Source of the DNA: an uncultured Trueperaceae bacterium
GTDB taxonomy: Bacteria > Deinococcota > Deinococci > Deinococcales > Trueperaceae
NCBI GenBank assembly: GCA_963727505.1
Contig: CAVSGP010000009.1
Coordinates: forward strand, 448,001-512,000
Direction of reading: 5' to 3'
DNA length: 64,000 nucleotides
Part shown: one piece after another, positions 52,550 to 64,000 of the stretch
Position numbering within the stretch: the stretch's first letter is position 1
Layout of the letters: the number at the start of each line of letters is the position of its first letter
Position numbers and translations under genes: made by a program
The notes under the pieces: model-generated
What the model was told of the DNA's origin: nothing
The model's database searches: none
Seen by the model: only the letters and a program-made list of their open reading frames with translations

Positions 52550-53995
52550 TCAGTCCTGCGCCGGCCAGTGCCAGTAGCGCCCTTCGCGGTCGAGCAGGGC
52601 GTAGGCGGCGTCCGGGCCCATGCTGCCGGCCTCGTAGAACATCGGCGTCGGGCGGGCCTCGCGTATGCGGTCGAGCAGCGGCGTGATCACCCGCCACTGA
52701 GCCTCGACCTCGTCGGCGCGCATGAACAGGGTGGCGTCGCCCAGCATCACGTCCAGCAGCAACGTCTCGTAGGCGTCCGGGTTGGGACTGTCGAAGCTGC
52801 GACCGTAGAGGAAGTCGAGGCTGATGCGCTCCAGCTCGATGCCCTGGCCGGGACGCTTGCCGTTGAAGCGCAGCACGATGCCCTCGTCGGGGACCAGCCT
52901 CAGCACCAGGCGGTCGGCCTTGAGCAGCGAGGGCAGGTCGAACGGCACGTGTGGCGGGGTCTTGAACTGCAGCACGATCTCGGTGGCCTTCATCTCCAGG
53001 CGCTTGCCGGAGCGGATGTAGAAGGGTACGCCCGACCAACGCCAGTTGCGGAGCTCGAGCTCGACGGCGGCGAAGGTCGCCTGCCTGGAGCGCGGGTCGA
53101 CGCCGTCCTCCTCGCGATAGCCCATCATGCCGTTGCCCGACACGTACTGTCCCAGCACGGCGTTCTCGGGTCGGACGCAGCGCAGCGCGTCGAACACCTT
53201 GACCTTCTCGTCGCGCACGCTGTGGGCGTCGTAGCGCGCCGGGGGCTCCATCGCCACCAGCGCCACCAGCTGCAGCAGGTGGTTCTGGAACACGTCTCGC
53301 AGCACGCCGGCCGACTCGTAGAAGCTGCCCCGCCCCTCCACGCCCATGGGCTCGACCATGGTGATCTGCACGTGGTCCACGTAGCGGTTGCTCCATACCG
53401 GCTCGAAGATGCTGTTCGCGAAGCGCAGCACCGCCAGGTTCTGGGCCGTCTCCTTGGCGAGGTAGTGGTCGATGCGGTAGACCTGGTCCTCTCGGAACCT
53501 CTCCAGGACCTGCCTGTTGAGCTCCTGTGCGGTCGAGAGGTCGTCCCCGAAGGGTTTCTCGATCACCAATCTGGACCAGCCGTTGTCCTCGTGATGGAGG
53601 CCGGCATCGGCCAGGTTGCGCACGATCGGCTCATAGGTCTGGGGCGGAGTGGCGGTGTAGAAGATGCGGTTGCCCCCTCCCCAGGCCTCGAGGCGCTCGG
53701 CCAGGCGCTGAAAGCCTTCGAGCTCGTCGTAGCCGCCCTGGACGTAGTGGATCCGCTCCTCCAGGGCGTTCCACGCCCCGTCGTCATGCCACGCGGCGTG
53801 TCGGGCCAGCGCTTCGCGCAATTGGGCCCGCAACGCTTCGTCGCTCAGCGGGCTCCGCCCGTAGCCGACGAGGATCGTGCCCTCGTCGAGCGCCCCCTGG
53901 CGGTGGAGCTGGAACAGCGCGGGCAGGAGTTTGCGCGCCGCCAGGTCACCGGTGATGCCGAAGATCACGAATGCCGTCGGGGGCGCCTTCGGCAC
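52550..53995 (-). CDS. zwf: Glucose-6-phosphate 1-dehydrogenase
   Basis: GITGDLA.RKL, EKPFG, RIDHYLAKE, DVFQNHL and RWSGVPFY. Confidence 0.97.
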   Translation of the reverse strand: MPKAPPTAFVIFGITGDLAARKLLPALFQLHRQGALDEGTILVGYGRSPLSDEALRAQLREALARHAAWHDDGAWNALEERIHYVQGGYDELEGFQRLAERLEAWGGGNRIFYTATPPQTYEPIVRNLADAGLHHEDNGWSRLVIEKPFGDDLSTAQELNRQVLERFREDQVYRIDHYLAKETAQNLAVLRFANSIFEPVWSNRYVDHVQITMVEPMGVEGRGSFYESAGVLRDVFQNHLLQLVALVAMEPPARYDAHSVRDEKVKVFDALRCVRPENAVLGQYVSGNGMMGYREEDGVDPRSRQATFAAVELELRNWRWSGVPFYIRSGKRLEMKATEIVLQFKTPPHVPFDLPSLLKADRLVLRLVPDEGIVLRFNGKRPGQGIELERISLDFLYGRSFDSPNPDAYETLLLDVMLGDATLFMRADEVEAQWRVITPLLDRIREARPTPMFYEAGSMGPDAAYALLDREGRYWHWPAQD

Positions 53996-53996
53996 C

Positions 53997-56272
<2,276 letters not shown>

Positions 56273-56291
56273 GCGCCGGGCATCCCGCCGC

Positions 56292-56319
56292 GCTCAGATC
56301 GCCAGGCTCAGATCGCCAG
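56292..56319. repeat. 14-bp exact tandem duplication spanning the pfkA stop codon
   Basis: gctcagatcgccag occurs twice in tandem. Confidence 0.85.
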
Positions 56320-57275
56320 CACGCCCGCCATCTCGACGAGTTCCCAGTCGATGTCCTTGTGGAGCTCCCAGACGTCCTTCAGGGGGACGTGCACGATGCC
56401 TCGCTTGTCGACGCCCACCATCACCCCGCTGCGCCCCTGGAGGAGGCTGCGCACCGCGTGGTAGCCGAGCCGTGAGGCCAGCACGCGGTCGCGCGTGGAG
56501 GGGGAGCCGCCGCGCTGGGTGTGGCCCAGGATGACGGTGCGCACCTCGTAGCCGCAGCGCTCGCGCACGCGGGCCTGCAGGTTCATGGCGCCGCCCTCGT
56601 AGGCTCCCTCCGCCACGATCACGATGCTCGAGCTCTTGCCCCGCTCCTGCGCCGCCACGATCATGTCGACGACGTCCTCCGCCTCGATGCGCACCTCCGG
56701 CAGCAGCACCGCCTCCGCCCCACCGGCGACCCCGACGTGGAGCGCGATGTGGCCGGAGTGGCGCCCCATGACCTCGACCAGGAACAGCGGTCATGGCTCG
56801 CAGCGGTGTCGCGGAGCCGGTCGACCGCGTCCAGCGCGATGTTGATGGCGGTATTGAAGCCGATCGAAACGTCGGTGCCGTAGATGTCGTTGTCGATGGT
56901 GGCGGGGATGCCGACGACGGGGAAGCCATGCTCCTCGAACAGCCGGTAGGCGCCGCGGAAGCTGCCGTCGCCGCCGATGACGATGAGGCCGTCGATGTCG
57001 TGAGAGCGGAGGTTGTCCGCCGCCCGCGCTCGCCCTCCGGGCTCCATGAAGGCCTCGGAGCGCGCGGTGCGGAGGATCGTGCCGCCGCGCTGGATGATGT
57101 TGGCGACGCTGCGGGCGCCGACCTCGACGATGTCGTTCTCGATCAGGCCCTGGTACCCTCGGTACACCGCGGAGATACGGACGCCGTCGTACACAGCGGT
57201 ACGGACGACCGCTCGGATGGCCGCGTTCATGCCAGGAGCGTCGCCCCCGCTGGTGAGGATGGCCAGGTGCTTCAT
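56308..57275 (-). pseudogene. pfkA: 6-phosphofructokinase split by a 1-nt frameshift (pseudogene or sequencing error)
   Basis: The N-terminal half ([28 protein letters not shown]) and the C-terminal half (MGRHSG, VAEG, LGHTQRGG) are in different frames; one base is missing near 56788. Confidence 0.88.
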
Positions 57276-57406
57276 CGGCCGACCAGTATAGCCCTCCGGC
57301 AGCGCTCCCTTGGCGGGTCGTTCGTCCCCGGGCGGGATGGGAGCTCTCGAAGTGACGACATTGCCGCGAGGCACGGACGCCCGTGGGGTCGGGCTCGCCA
57401 CACGGT

Positions 57407-57422
57407 CGTGATGTTTGTCACG
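57407..57422. promoter_or_regulatory. Palindromic operator candidate (Rex- or CRP/FNR-like) between pfkA and the pnt operon
   Basis: CGTGA-tgtttg-TCACG. Confidence 0.4.
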
Positions 57423-57477
57423 TGGGACGAATGTCCGGTGGTTGCCGCTCGGAGGAGTGTGTCATCATCGAAGCCAA

Positions 57478-58623
57478 ATGAATATCGTCGCACTCAAGGA
57501 AACAGCTGCAGGCGAACGGCGAGTGGGGCTCACCCCCCAGATCGTCGACAAGCTCGTGCGGCTCGGCATGTCCGTGACGCTCGAACCCGGTATCGGCGAT
57601 ACGCTCTACCTCGCCGATGCGGCCTTTGAGAAAGTCGGGGCCACGTTCGAGCCCGATCGCGCAGCGCTGCTGAAGAAGGCCGATGCGCTGGTCGCCGTCA
57701 ACAAGCCCACGCCCGACGTGATCGAAGGCCTGCGGGAGGGGGCCATCGCGGTCAGCTTCCTCGATCCGTTCCGGAGCCCGGACACGGTGCGGGCGCTGGC
57801 CGACGCCAAGGTCAGCGCCTTCTGCATGGAGCTGATCCCGCGGACGACCTACGCCCAGAAGATGGACGCGCTCTCCAGCCAGGCGAGCCTGGCCGGCTAC
57901 GGGGCCGTGGTCATCGCCGCCGATCGCATCGACAAGTCCCTGCCGATGATGAGCACGCCGGCCGGCACCATCGCGCCGGCGCGCGTGTTCGTGGTGGGCG
58001 CCGGCGTGGCCGGCCTCCAGGCCATCGCCACGGCCAAGCGCCTGGGTGCGCGGGTCGAGGCCTACGACACCCGGCCGGTCGTCAAGGAGCAGGTGCAGTC
58101 GCTGGGCGCGCGCTTCGTCGAGATCGACGTGGGCGAGACCGGCCAGACCGAGCAGGGCTACGCCAAGGCCCTGACCGAGGAACAGCTCGACATGCAGCGC
58201 AAGCAGATGGCCAAGATCTGCGCCGGGGCGGACATCATCGTCACGACTGCGCAGGTGTTCGGCCGGCCCGCGCCCAAGATCATCTCGGGCGAGATGGTCG
58301 CCGGCATGCGCCCGGGCGCCGTCATCGTCGACCTCGCCGCCTCGACCGGCGGCAACGTCGAGGGCACGGTGGCGGACCAGGAGGTCCGCACCGACAACGG
58401 CGTGCTCATCGTCGGCCTCGGCAACTTCCCCGCCGAGGTGGCGCGGGACGCCAGCCAGATGTTCGCCAGCAACGTGTACTTCCTGCTGGAACACGCCTTC
58501 GACAAGGAGGCGGATGCACTCAAGCTCGACACCGAGGACGAGGTGGTCGGTGCGGCGCTGCTCACGCACGACGGGCAGATCCGCGACGGCCGCGTCCGCG
58601 AGGTTGTGGAGGGATCCAAGTGA
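57478..58623 (+). CDS. pntAA: NAD(P) transhydrogenase subunit alpha, domain I
   Basis: GERRV, MDALSSQ.SLAGY, GAGVAGLQA and DLAA..GGN. Confidence 0.95.
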   Translation: MNIVALKETAAGERRVGLTPQIVDKLVRLGMSVTLEPGIGDTLYLADAAFEKVGATFEPDRAALLKKADALVAVNKPTPDVIEGLREGAIAVSFLDPFRSPDTVRALADAKVSAFCMELIPRTTYAQKMDALSSQASLAGYGAVVIAADRIDKSLPMMSTPAGTIAPARVFVVGAGVAGLQAIATAKRLGARVEAYDTRPVVKEQVQSLGARFVEIDVGETGQTEQGYAKALTEEQLDMQRKQMAKICAGADIIVTTAQVFGRPAPKIISGEMVAGMRPGAVIVDLAASTGGNVEGTVADQEVRTDNGVLIVGLGNFPAEVARDASQMFASNVYFLLEHAFDKEADALKLDTEDEVVGAALLTHDGQIRDGRVREVVEGSK

Positions 58624-58901
58624 CGATGCTTCTGTTGCTGTTCATCTTCGTGCTCTCCATCTTCCTGGGCCTGGAGCTGATCGGCAAGGTGCCGTCGCAG
58701 CTCCACACCCCGTTGATGTCGGGCTCGAACGCGATCTCGGGGATCAGTATCGTCGGGGCCCTTGCCGCTACGGCGATCCACGGCCCCTTCGGCACCTTCC
58801 TGGCGGTGCTCGCCGTGGCGTTCGCCACGATCAACGTGGTCGGCGGCTACCTGGTGACCGACCGTATGCTGGCGATGTTCAAGACCGGCAAGAAGGACTA
58901 G
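58620..58901 (+). CDS. pntAB: NAD(P) transhydrogenase subunit alpha, membrane part
   Basis: LHTPLMSGSNAISG and VTDRML.MF. Confidence 0.95.
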   Translation: MTMLLLLFIFVLSIFLGLELIGKVPSQLHTPLMSGSNAISGISIVGALAATAIHGPFGTFLAVLAVAFATINVVGGYLVTDRMLAMFKTGKKD

Positions 58902-58910
58902 GGAAGCGCC

Positions 58911-60290
58911 ATGACCACAGTCATCAACCTCTCGTACATCGTTTCAGCGATCCTGTTCATCCTCGGGCTCCAGATGCTCGGCCGGGTCGAGACCGCGCGC
59001 CGGGGCAACATGATCTCGGCCGTCGGCATGCTTCTCGCGATCATCGCGACGCTGTTGCTCGGCGGGCTCGACTACATCTGGATCATCGTCGGTCTGGTGG
59101 TGGGCGGCGCCATCGGCTGGTGGGCCGCGGCGGCGGTCAAGATGACCCAGATGCCGGAGATGGTGGCGCTGTTCAACGGCTCCGGCGGTCTGGCCTCGAT
59201 GCTGGTGGGCTGGGCGGAGTACATCCGCGACCCCAACCCGGGCGTCGTCACCTCCATCGCCATCTTCTTCGCGGTCCTCGTCGGGGCGGTGGCGTTCACA
59301 GGTTCCATGATCGCCTGGGCGAAGCTGGCCGAACGCATGGCCGGCAAGCCGATCCTGTTCAAGGGGCAGCAGCCCGTGAACGCCTTGATCGTAGGCGGCG
59401 CGCTGTTGCTGGGCATCATCTTCATCATCACGCCCGCCACGACGTACCCGCTGCTGCTCATCGTCATCCTGCTCTCGATGATCCTCGGCGTGCTCGCCGT
59501 CATCCCCATCGGCGGCGCCGACATGCCCATCGTGATCTCGCTGATGAACAGCTACTCCGGGGTCGCCGCGCTGGCGGCCGGCTTCGTGATCGGCAACAAC
59601 GTGCTGATCGTTGCCGGCACGTTGGTCGGAGCCTCCGGCCTGATCCTGACGCAGATCATGTGCAAGGCCATGAACCGCTCGCTCACCAACGTGCTGTTCA
59701 GCGGCTTCGGAGCCGTGACCACGGCCGGCACCATGAAGGTCGAGGGAGAGGTCAAGCCCATCACCGCCGAGGACGCCTACTACATCCTGGAGGCCGCCAG
59801 CTCGGTCGTCTTCGTGCCGGGCTACGGTATGGCCGTCGCTCAGGCGCAGCACGCCGTCAAGGAGCTTGCGGACCTGCTGCAACAGAACGGCGCCGAGGTC
59901 CGCTACGTCATCCACCCGGTGGCGGGGCGCATGCCAGGCCACATGAACGTGCTGCTGGCGGAGGCCAACGTGCCCTACGAGCAGTTGGTGGAGCCCGACG
60001 ACGTCAACCCCACCATGGAGATGGTGGACGTGGCGGTGGTCATCGGCGCCAACGACGTGGTCAACCCGGCTGCGCGCGAAGACGAGAGCAGCCCGCTCTA
60101 CGGAATGCCGATCATCAACGTCGACCACGCGCGTACCACCTTCGTGCTCAAGCGCTCGATGAACCCCGGTTTCTCCGGGGTGGACAACCCGCTGTTCTTC
60201 AAGCCGAACACGCGCATGCTGTTCGGTGACGCCAAGACGAGCATCAGCACGCTGGCGTCCGAGTTCAAGGAGGCGGCCGCGGCGGCCTGA
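58911..60290 (+). CDS. pntB: NAD(P) transhydrogenase subunit beta
   Basis: [35 protein letters not shown] and GANDVVNP. Confidence 0.97.
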   Translation: MTTVINLSYIVSAILFILGLQMLGRVETARRGNMISAVGMLLAIIATLLLGGLDYIWIIVGLVVGGAIGWWAAAAVKMTQMPEMVALFNGSGGLASMLVGWAEYIRDPNPGVVTSIAIFFAVLVGAVAFTGSMIAWAKLAERMAGKPILFKGQQPVNALIVGGALLLGIIFIITPATTYPLLLIVILLSMILGVLAVIPIGGADMPIVISLMNSYSGVAALAAGFVIGNNVLIVAGTLVGASGLILTQIMCKAMNRSLTNVLFSGFGAVTTAGTMKVEGEVKPITAEDAYYILEAASSVVFVPGYGMAVAQAQHAVKELADLLQQNGAEVRYVIHPVAGRMPGHMNVLLAEANVPYEQLVEPDDVNPTMEMVDVAVVIGANDVVNPAAREDESSPLYGMPIINVDHARTTFVLKRSMNPGFSGVDNPLFFKPNTRMLFGDAKTSISTLASEFKEAAAAA

Positions 60291-60307
60291 GGCCTTCGCT
60301 GACCCTG

Positions 60308-60342
60308 ACGCGCCCCTCCCCCGGTCCGGGGGAGGGGCGCGT
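60308..60342. terminator. 16-bp stem-loop after pntB
   Basis: acgcgcccctcccccg-gtc-cgggggaggggcgcgt. Confidence 0.65.
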
Positions 60343-60418
60343 TCGCGTGGGCGCCTCCCGCTCGGACGACACGCTCCGCGCAACGGGCGGTGGAGAATGC
60401 TCGGCGGAAGGAGGCGCC

Positions 60419-61300
60419 ATGCCAGACGACTCTGCCACGCCATCCACCACCTTCGCCATCGGGGGTGACCTCACCGTCCACAGGCTCGGCTTCGGGGCCA
60501 TGCGCATCACCGGCCCCGGCATCTGGGAGGATCCTGAGGATCCGGCCGAGGCGCGCCGCGTTCTGGAAGGCCTGAGCGACCTCGGGGTCGACTTCGTCGA
60601 CACCGCCGATGCGTACGGGCCGTTCGTGAGCGAGGACCTGTTGCGCGAAGCGCTCCACCCGTACCGCGGCATGGTGATCGCCACCAAGGGTGGGCTGACC
60701 CGCCACGGGCCCGATGTGTGGGAGCCCGTGGGCCGCCCCGAGTACCTCCGCCAGTGCGTGCTGATGAGCCTCCGGCGGCTGGGCGTCGAGCGCATCGACC
60801 TGTGGCAGCTCCATCGCATCGACCCACAGGTGCCGCGCGACGAGCAGTTCGGTGTCATGAAACAGATGCAGGACGAGGGACTCATCCGTCACCTGGGCCT
60901 GAGCGAGGTCGGCGTCGAGGAGATCGAAGCGGCCCGTCGCGTCTTCGAGGTCACGACCGTCCAGAACCTCTACAATCTCTCGAACCGACAGAGCGAGGAG
61001 GTGCTGGAGTACTGCGAGGCCCACGGCATCGGGTTCATCCCCTGGTTCCCGCTGGCCGCTGGAGAGCTGGCACGACCCGGTGGCCTGCTCGATGCCGTGG
61101 CGGAGCGCAACGGGGCCACGCGCGGTCAGGTCGCATTGGCCTGGCTGCTCGCGCGCAGCCCGGTGATGCTTCCGATCCCCGGAACGGGGCGGCTGGCGCA
61201 CCTTCAGGACAACGTTGGCGCCGTGTCGCTCACGCTCGGCGAGGATGACTTCCGGTCGCTGGACGAGCAGGGAAGGGAAGCCTGGCAAGGCGGCCGCTAG
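60419..61300 (+). CDS. Aldo/keto reductase
   Basis: RLGFGAM, DTADAYG, IATKGG, LWQLHR, VQN.YN and PIPGT. Confidence 0.92.
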   Translation: MPDDSATPSTTFAIGGDLTVHRLGFGAMRITGPGIWEDPEDPAEARRVLEGLSDLGVDFVDTADAYGPFVSEDLLREALHPYRGMVIATKGGLTRHGPDVWEPVGRPEYLRQCVLMSLRRLGVERIDLWQLHRIDPQVPRDEQFGVMKQMQDEGLIRHLGLSEVGVEEIEAARRVFEVTTVQNLYNLSNRQSEEVLEYCEAHGIGFIPWFPLAAGELARPGGLLDAVAERNGATRGQVALAWLLARSPVMLPIPGTGRLAHLQDNVGAVSLTLGEDDFRSLDEQGREAWQGGR

Positions 61301-61339
61301 GCCTCCCCAATCCCCCGCCGAACATTGACACGCAATAAA

Positions 61340-61369
61340 CTTGACATGCCGGCACTCAGGTTTTAGCAT
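61340..61369 (+). promoter_or_regulatory. clpB promoter overlapped by a HAIR-like (HspR) operator
   Basis: TTGACA (61341-61346), 17-nt spacer, TAGCAT (61364-61369); CTTGACA-N7-ACTCAGG (61340-61360) resembles the HAIR consensus CTTGAGT-N7-ACTCAAG. Confidence 0.7.
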
Positions 61370-61376
61370 CGAGATC

Positions 61377-63962
61377 ATGGATGCCGAGCGTTTCACCGAG
61401 ACCGCGCTCCAGCTGGTCGCGAGCGCACAGCAGATCGCCAGGACCCGCCATCATCAGCAGGTCGGTCCGGCCCACTTGGCGGCGGCCCTTCTGGCCGACC
61501 GCCAGGGGCCGCCGGCGCGTGTCGTCGAGCGCGCCGGCGGCGACCTCGCGCAGGTCCAGGCTGCCGTCGACGTGGTGCTCGGAAGGCTCCCGGCCGTTAC
61601 CGGGGCCGATGCCCAGGCAGCCCAATACCTCGGTTCGGAGCTGCAGGCAACGTTCGATCGCGCCGAGGAGCTGGCGCGGTCGTGGGGCGATCAGTTCGTC
61701 GCGGCCGACGCCTTGCTGGTGGCGCTGCGCGAGAAGGGGGGCGAGGCGGTCCGCGCCCTGCCGAGCGCCGCCGCCCTGACCGAAGCTGCGCAGGCGATCC
61801 GGGGCGGACGCAACGTGGAGAGCCGCACCGCAGAGTCGAGCTTCGAGGCGTTGGAGCGCTACGGTATCGACCTCACCCAACGCGCCCGCGAGGGGGGCCT
61901 CGACCCGGTGATCGGGCGCGACGAGGAGATCCGTCGCGCCGTGCAGATCCTGCTGCGTCGGACCAAGAACAACCCGGTGCTGATCGGCGAGCCCGGCGTC
62001 GGCAAGACGGCCATCGCCGAGGGGCTGGCCCAGCGCATCGTTCACAAGGACGTCCCGGAGGGGCTGCAGGGCAAGCGCGTCATCCAGCTCGACATGGGCA
62101 GCTTGCTCGCCGGCGCGAAGTACCGCGGCGAGTTCGAGGAGCGGCTCAAGGGCGTCATCCAGGAGACCGTCCGCTCCAAGGGCGAGATCCTGCTGTTCAT
62201 CGATGAACTGCACACGATCGTGGGGGCGGGCAAGGCCGAGGGAGCGGTGGATGCCGGCAACATGCTCAAGCCGCCGCTGGCGCGCGGCGAGCTCCGCATG
62301 ATCGGGGCCACCACCCTCAACGAGTACCGCGACATCGAGAAGGACGCTGCCCTGGAGCGTCGTTTCCAACCGATCCTGGTCGACGAGCCCAGCATGGAGG
62401 AGACGATCAGCATCCTGCGCGGGCTCAAGGAGAAGTACGAGGTCCATCACGGGGTGCGCATCAGCGACCCCGCCATCATCGCGGCGGCAACCATGGCCCA
62501 GCGCTACATCGCCGACCGGCGCCTGCCCGACTCGGCCATCGACCTCATCGACGAGGCCGCCAGCCGCATCCGGGTCCAGCTCGACAGCCTTCCCGAAGAG
62601 ATCGACGGCCTGCGGCGTCGCAAGCTCCAGCTCGAGATCGAGCAGGAGGCCCTCAAGCGGGAGGATGATCCCGACTCGGCGCAACGGCTGGCACGCATCG
62701 AGGAGGAGCTCCAGGCCATCGAGGGCCAGATCGAGCGCGCTCAGTCGGACTGGGAGGCCGAGAGGAGCGTGCTCGAGGAGCTGCGTGGCAGCCAGGAGCA
62801 GCTCGACGCGGTCCGCACGCAGATCGACCGGGCCGAGCGCGAGTACGACCTGGAGAAGGCGGCACAGCTGCGCTACGGCGAGCTCCCCAAGCTCGAGCGC
62901 AGCCTGCGGGAGCTGAGCGAGCGACTCGAGGGTGCCCGCTACGTGCGCCTGGAGGTGGGAGAGAACGAGGTGGCCGAGGTGGTCAGCCGCACCACCGGCA
63001 TCCCGGTATCCCGCCTGATGGAGGGCGAGCGCGAGAAGCTGCTCGAGCTCGAGACCGCCCTGCACGAGCGCGTGGTCGGCCAGGACGAGGCGATCACCGC
63101 TGTCGCCGACGCGATCCGCCGGTCGCGCGCGGGTCTGGCAGACCCGCGCCGTCCCATCGGCTCGTTCATCTTCCTGGGACCCACCGGGGTGGGCAAGACG
63201 GAGACCGCCAGGGCACTGGCCCAGCAGCTCTTCGACACCGAAGACAACATGGTCCGGCTCGATATGAGCGAGTACATGGAGAAGCACACCGTGGCCAAGC
63301 TCATCGGGGCGCCTCCCGGCTACATCGGTTACGACGAGGGCGGCCAGCTCACCGAGGCCGTACGTCGTCACCCCTACAGCGTGATCCTCTTCGACGAGAT
63401 CGAGAAGGCACACCCCGACGTGTTCAACACCCTGTTGCAGATGCTCGACGACGGTCGCCTCACGGACTCCCACGGGCGCACGGTCGATTTCCGCAACACC
63501 GTGGTGATCATGACCAGCAACATCGGCAGCCCCCAGATCCTGGAGGCGGCCCGGGCGGGCGCCGACTACGATCAGCTCCGGAATACCGTGTTCGGACTGC
63601 TGCAGGAACACTTCCGCCCGGAGTTCCTCAACCGCGTCGACGACATCATCGTGTTCCACGCGCTCACGCGCGAGCAGGTAGAAGCGATCGCCGCCATCCA
63701 GCTCGAGCAGGTGAGGGGGCGCCTTGCCGAGCGCCACATCCGGCTCGAGCTGAGCCCGGCCGCCATGGACGAGCTCGCCCGGCGCGGCTTCGATCCCGTC
63801 TTCGGGGCGCGCCCGCTCAAGCGCGCGGTGCGCCAGTACATCGAGACGCCGCTATCCCGGTCGATCATCGCCGGGGACGTTCAGGACGGTGATCGGGTGG
63901 TGGTGGAGGTGGGCGAGACCGGCTTCCGCTTCGAGACGCAGGAACCCGCCGCGGCCAACTGA
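61377..63962 (+). CDS. clpB: ATP-dependent chaperone ClpB
   Basis: Two AAA modules ([16 protein letters not shown]), a long middle coiled-coil domain, RLDMSEY and GARPL. Confidence 0.97.
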   Translation: MDAERFTETALQLVASAQQIARTRHHQQVGPAHLAAALLADRQGPPARVVERAGGDLAQVQAAVDVVLGRLPAVTGADAQAAQYLGSELQATFDRAEELARSWGDQFVAADALLVALREKGGEAVRALPSAAALTEAAQAIRGGRNVESRTAESSFEALERYGIDLTQRAREGGLDPVIGRDEEIRRAVQILLRRTKNNPVLIGEPGVGKTAIAEGLAQRIVHKDVPEGLQGKRVIQLDMGSLLAGAKYRGEFEERLKGVIQETVRSKGEILLFIDELHTIVGAGKAEGAVDAGNMLKPPLARGELRMIGATTLNEYRDIEKDAALERRFQPILVDEPSMEETISILRGLKEKYEVHHGVRISDPAIIAAATMAQRYIADRRLPDSAIDLIDEAASRIRVQLDSLPEEIDGLRRRKLQLEIEQEALKREDDPDSAQRLARIEEELQAIEGQIERAQSDWEAERSVLEELRGSQEQLDAVRTQIDRAEREYDLEKAAQLRYGELPKLERSLRELSERLEGARYVRLEVGENEVAEVVSRTTGIPVSRLMEGEREKLLELETALHERVVGQDEAITAVADAIRRSRAGLADPRRPIGSFIFLGPTGVGKTETARALAQQLFDTEDNMVRLDMSEYMEKHTVAKLIGAPPGYIGYDEGGQLTEAVRRHPYSVILFDEIEKAHPDVFNTLLQMLDDGRLTDSHGRTVDFRNTVVIMTSNIGSPQILEAARAGADYDQLRNTVFGLLQEHFRPEFLNRVDDIIVFHALTREQVEAIAAIQLEQVRGRLAERHIRLELSPAAMDELARRGFDPVFGARPLKRAVRQYIETPLSRSIIAGDVQDGDRVVVEVGETGFRFETQEPAAAN

Positions 63963-64000
63963 GTCCGAGGCGTGCCGTCGGGGGCGTGCTGCCGGGAACG

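Overview
This is a GC-rich (visually about 70%), gene-dense chromosomal window. The content points to Deinococcota, probably Trueperaceae-like (inference). Supporting signs are a Thermus/Deinococcus-type V/A-ATPase operon (G-I-L-E-C-F-A-B-D), many apparent leaderless TAnnnT promoters and an HspR/HAIR-like site before clpB. It holds about 55 mostly housekeeping or metabolic CDSs: acetoacetate-CoA ligase, a sugar ABC transporter, ruvB, a MATE transporter, purU, apt, dnaG, an orphan adenine DNA methyltransferase, the V-ATPase, an Aap/Bzt amino-acid ABC transporter, pilT, rimO, folC, galM, an HD-GYP protein, a GH31 enzyme, serS, gatC, phoU with a two-component pair, arginase, zwf/gnd, tyrS, a frameshifted pfkA, the pnt transhydrogenase and clpB. 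I saw no CRISPR array, rRNA, tRNA, IS element or prophage. The most unusual items are an AapQ permease with a ~210-aa insertion carrying two Ca-binding-type loops, three short leaderless uORFs coupled to downstream starts, a single-base frameshift plus a 14-bp 3' duplication in pfkA, the solitary methyltransferase and a PATAN/MshEN-like/pseudo-receiver protein behind ruvB. All calls come from reading motifs by eye; no database searches were run.
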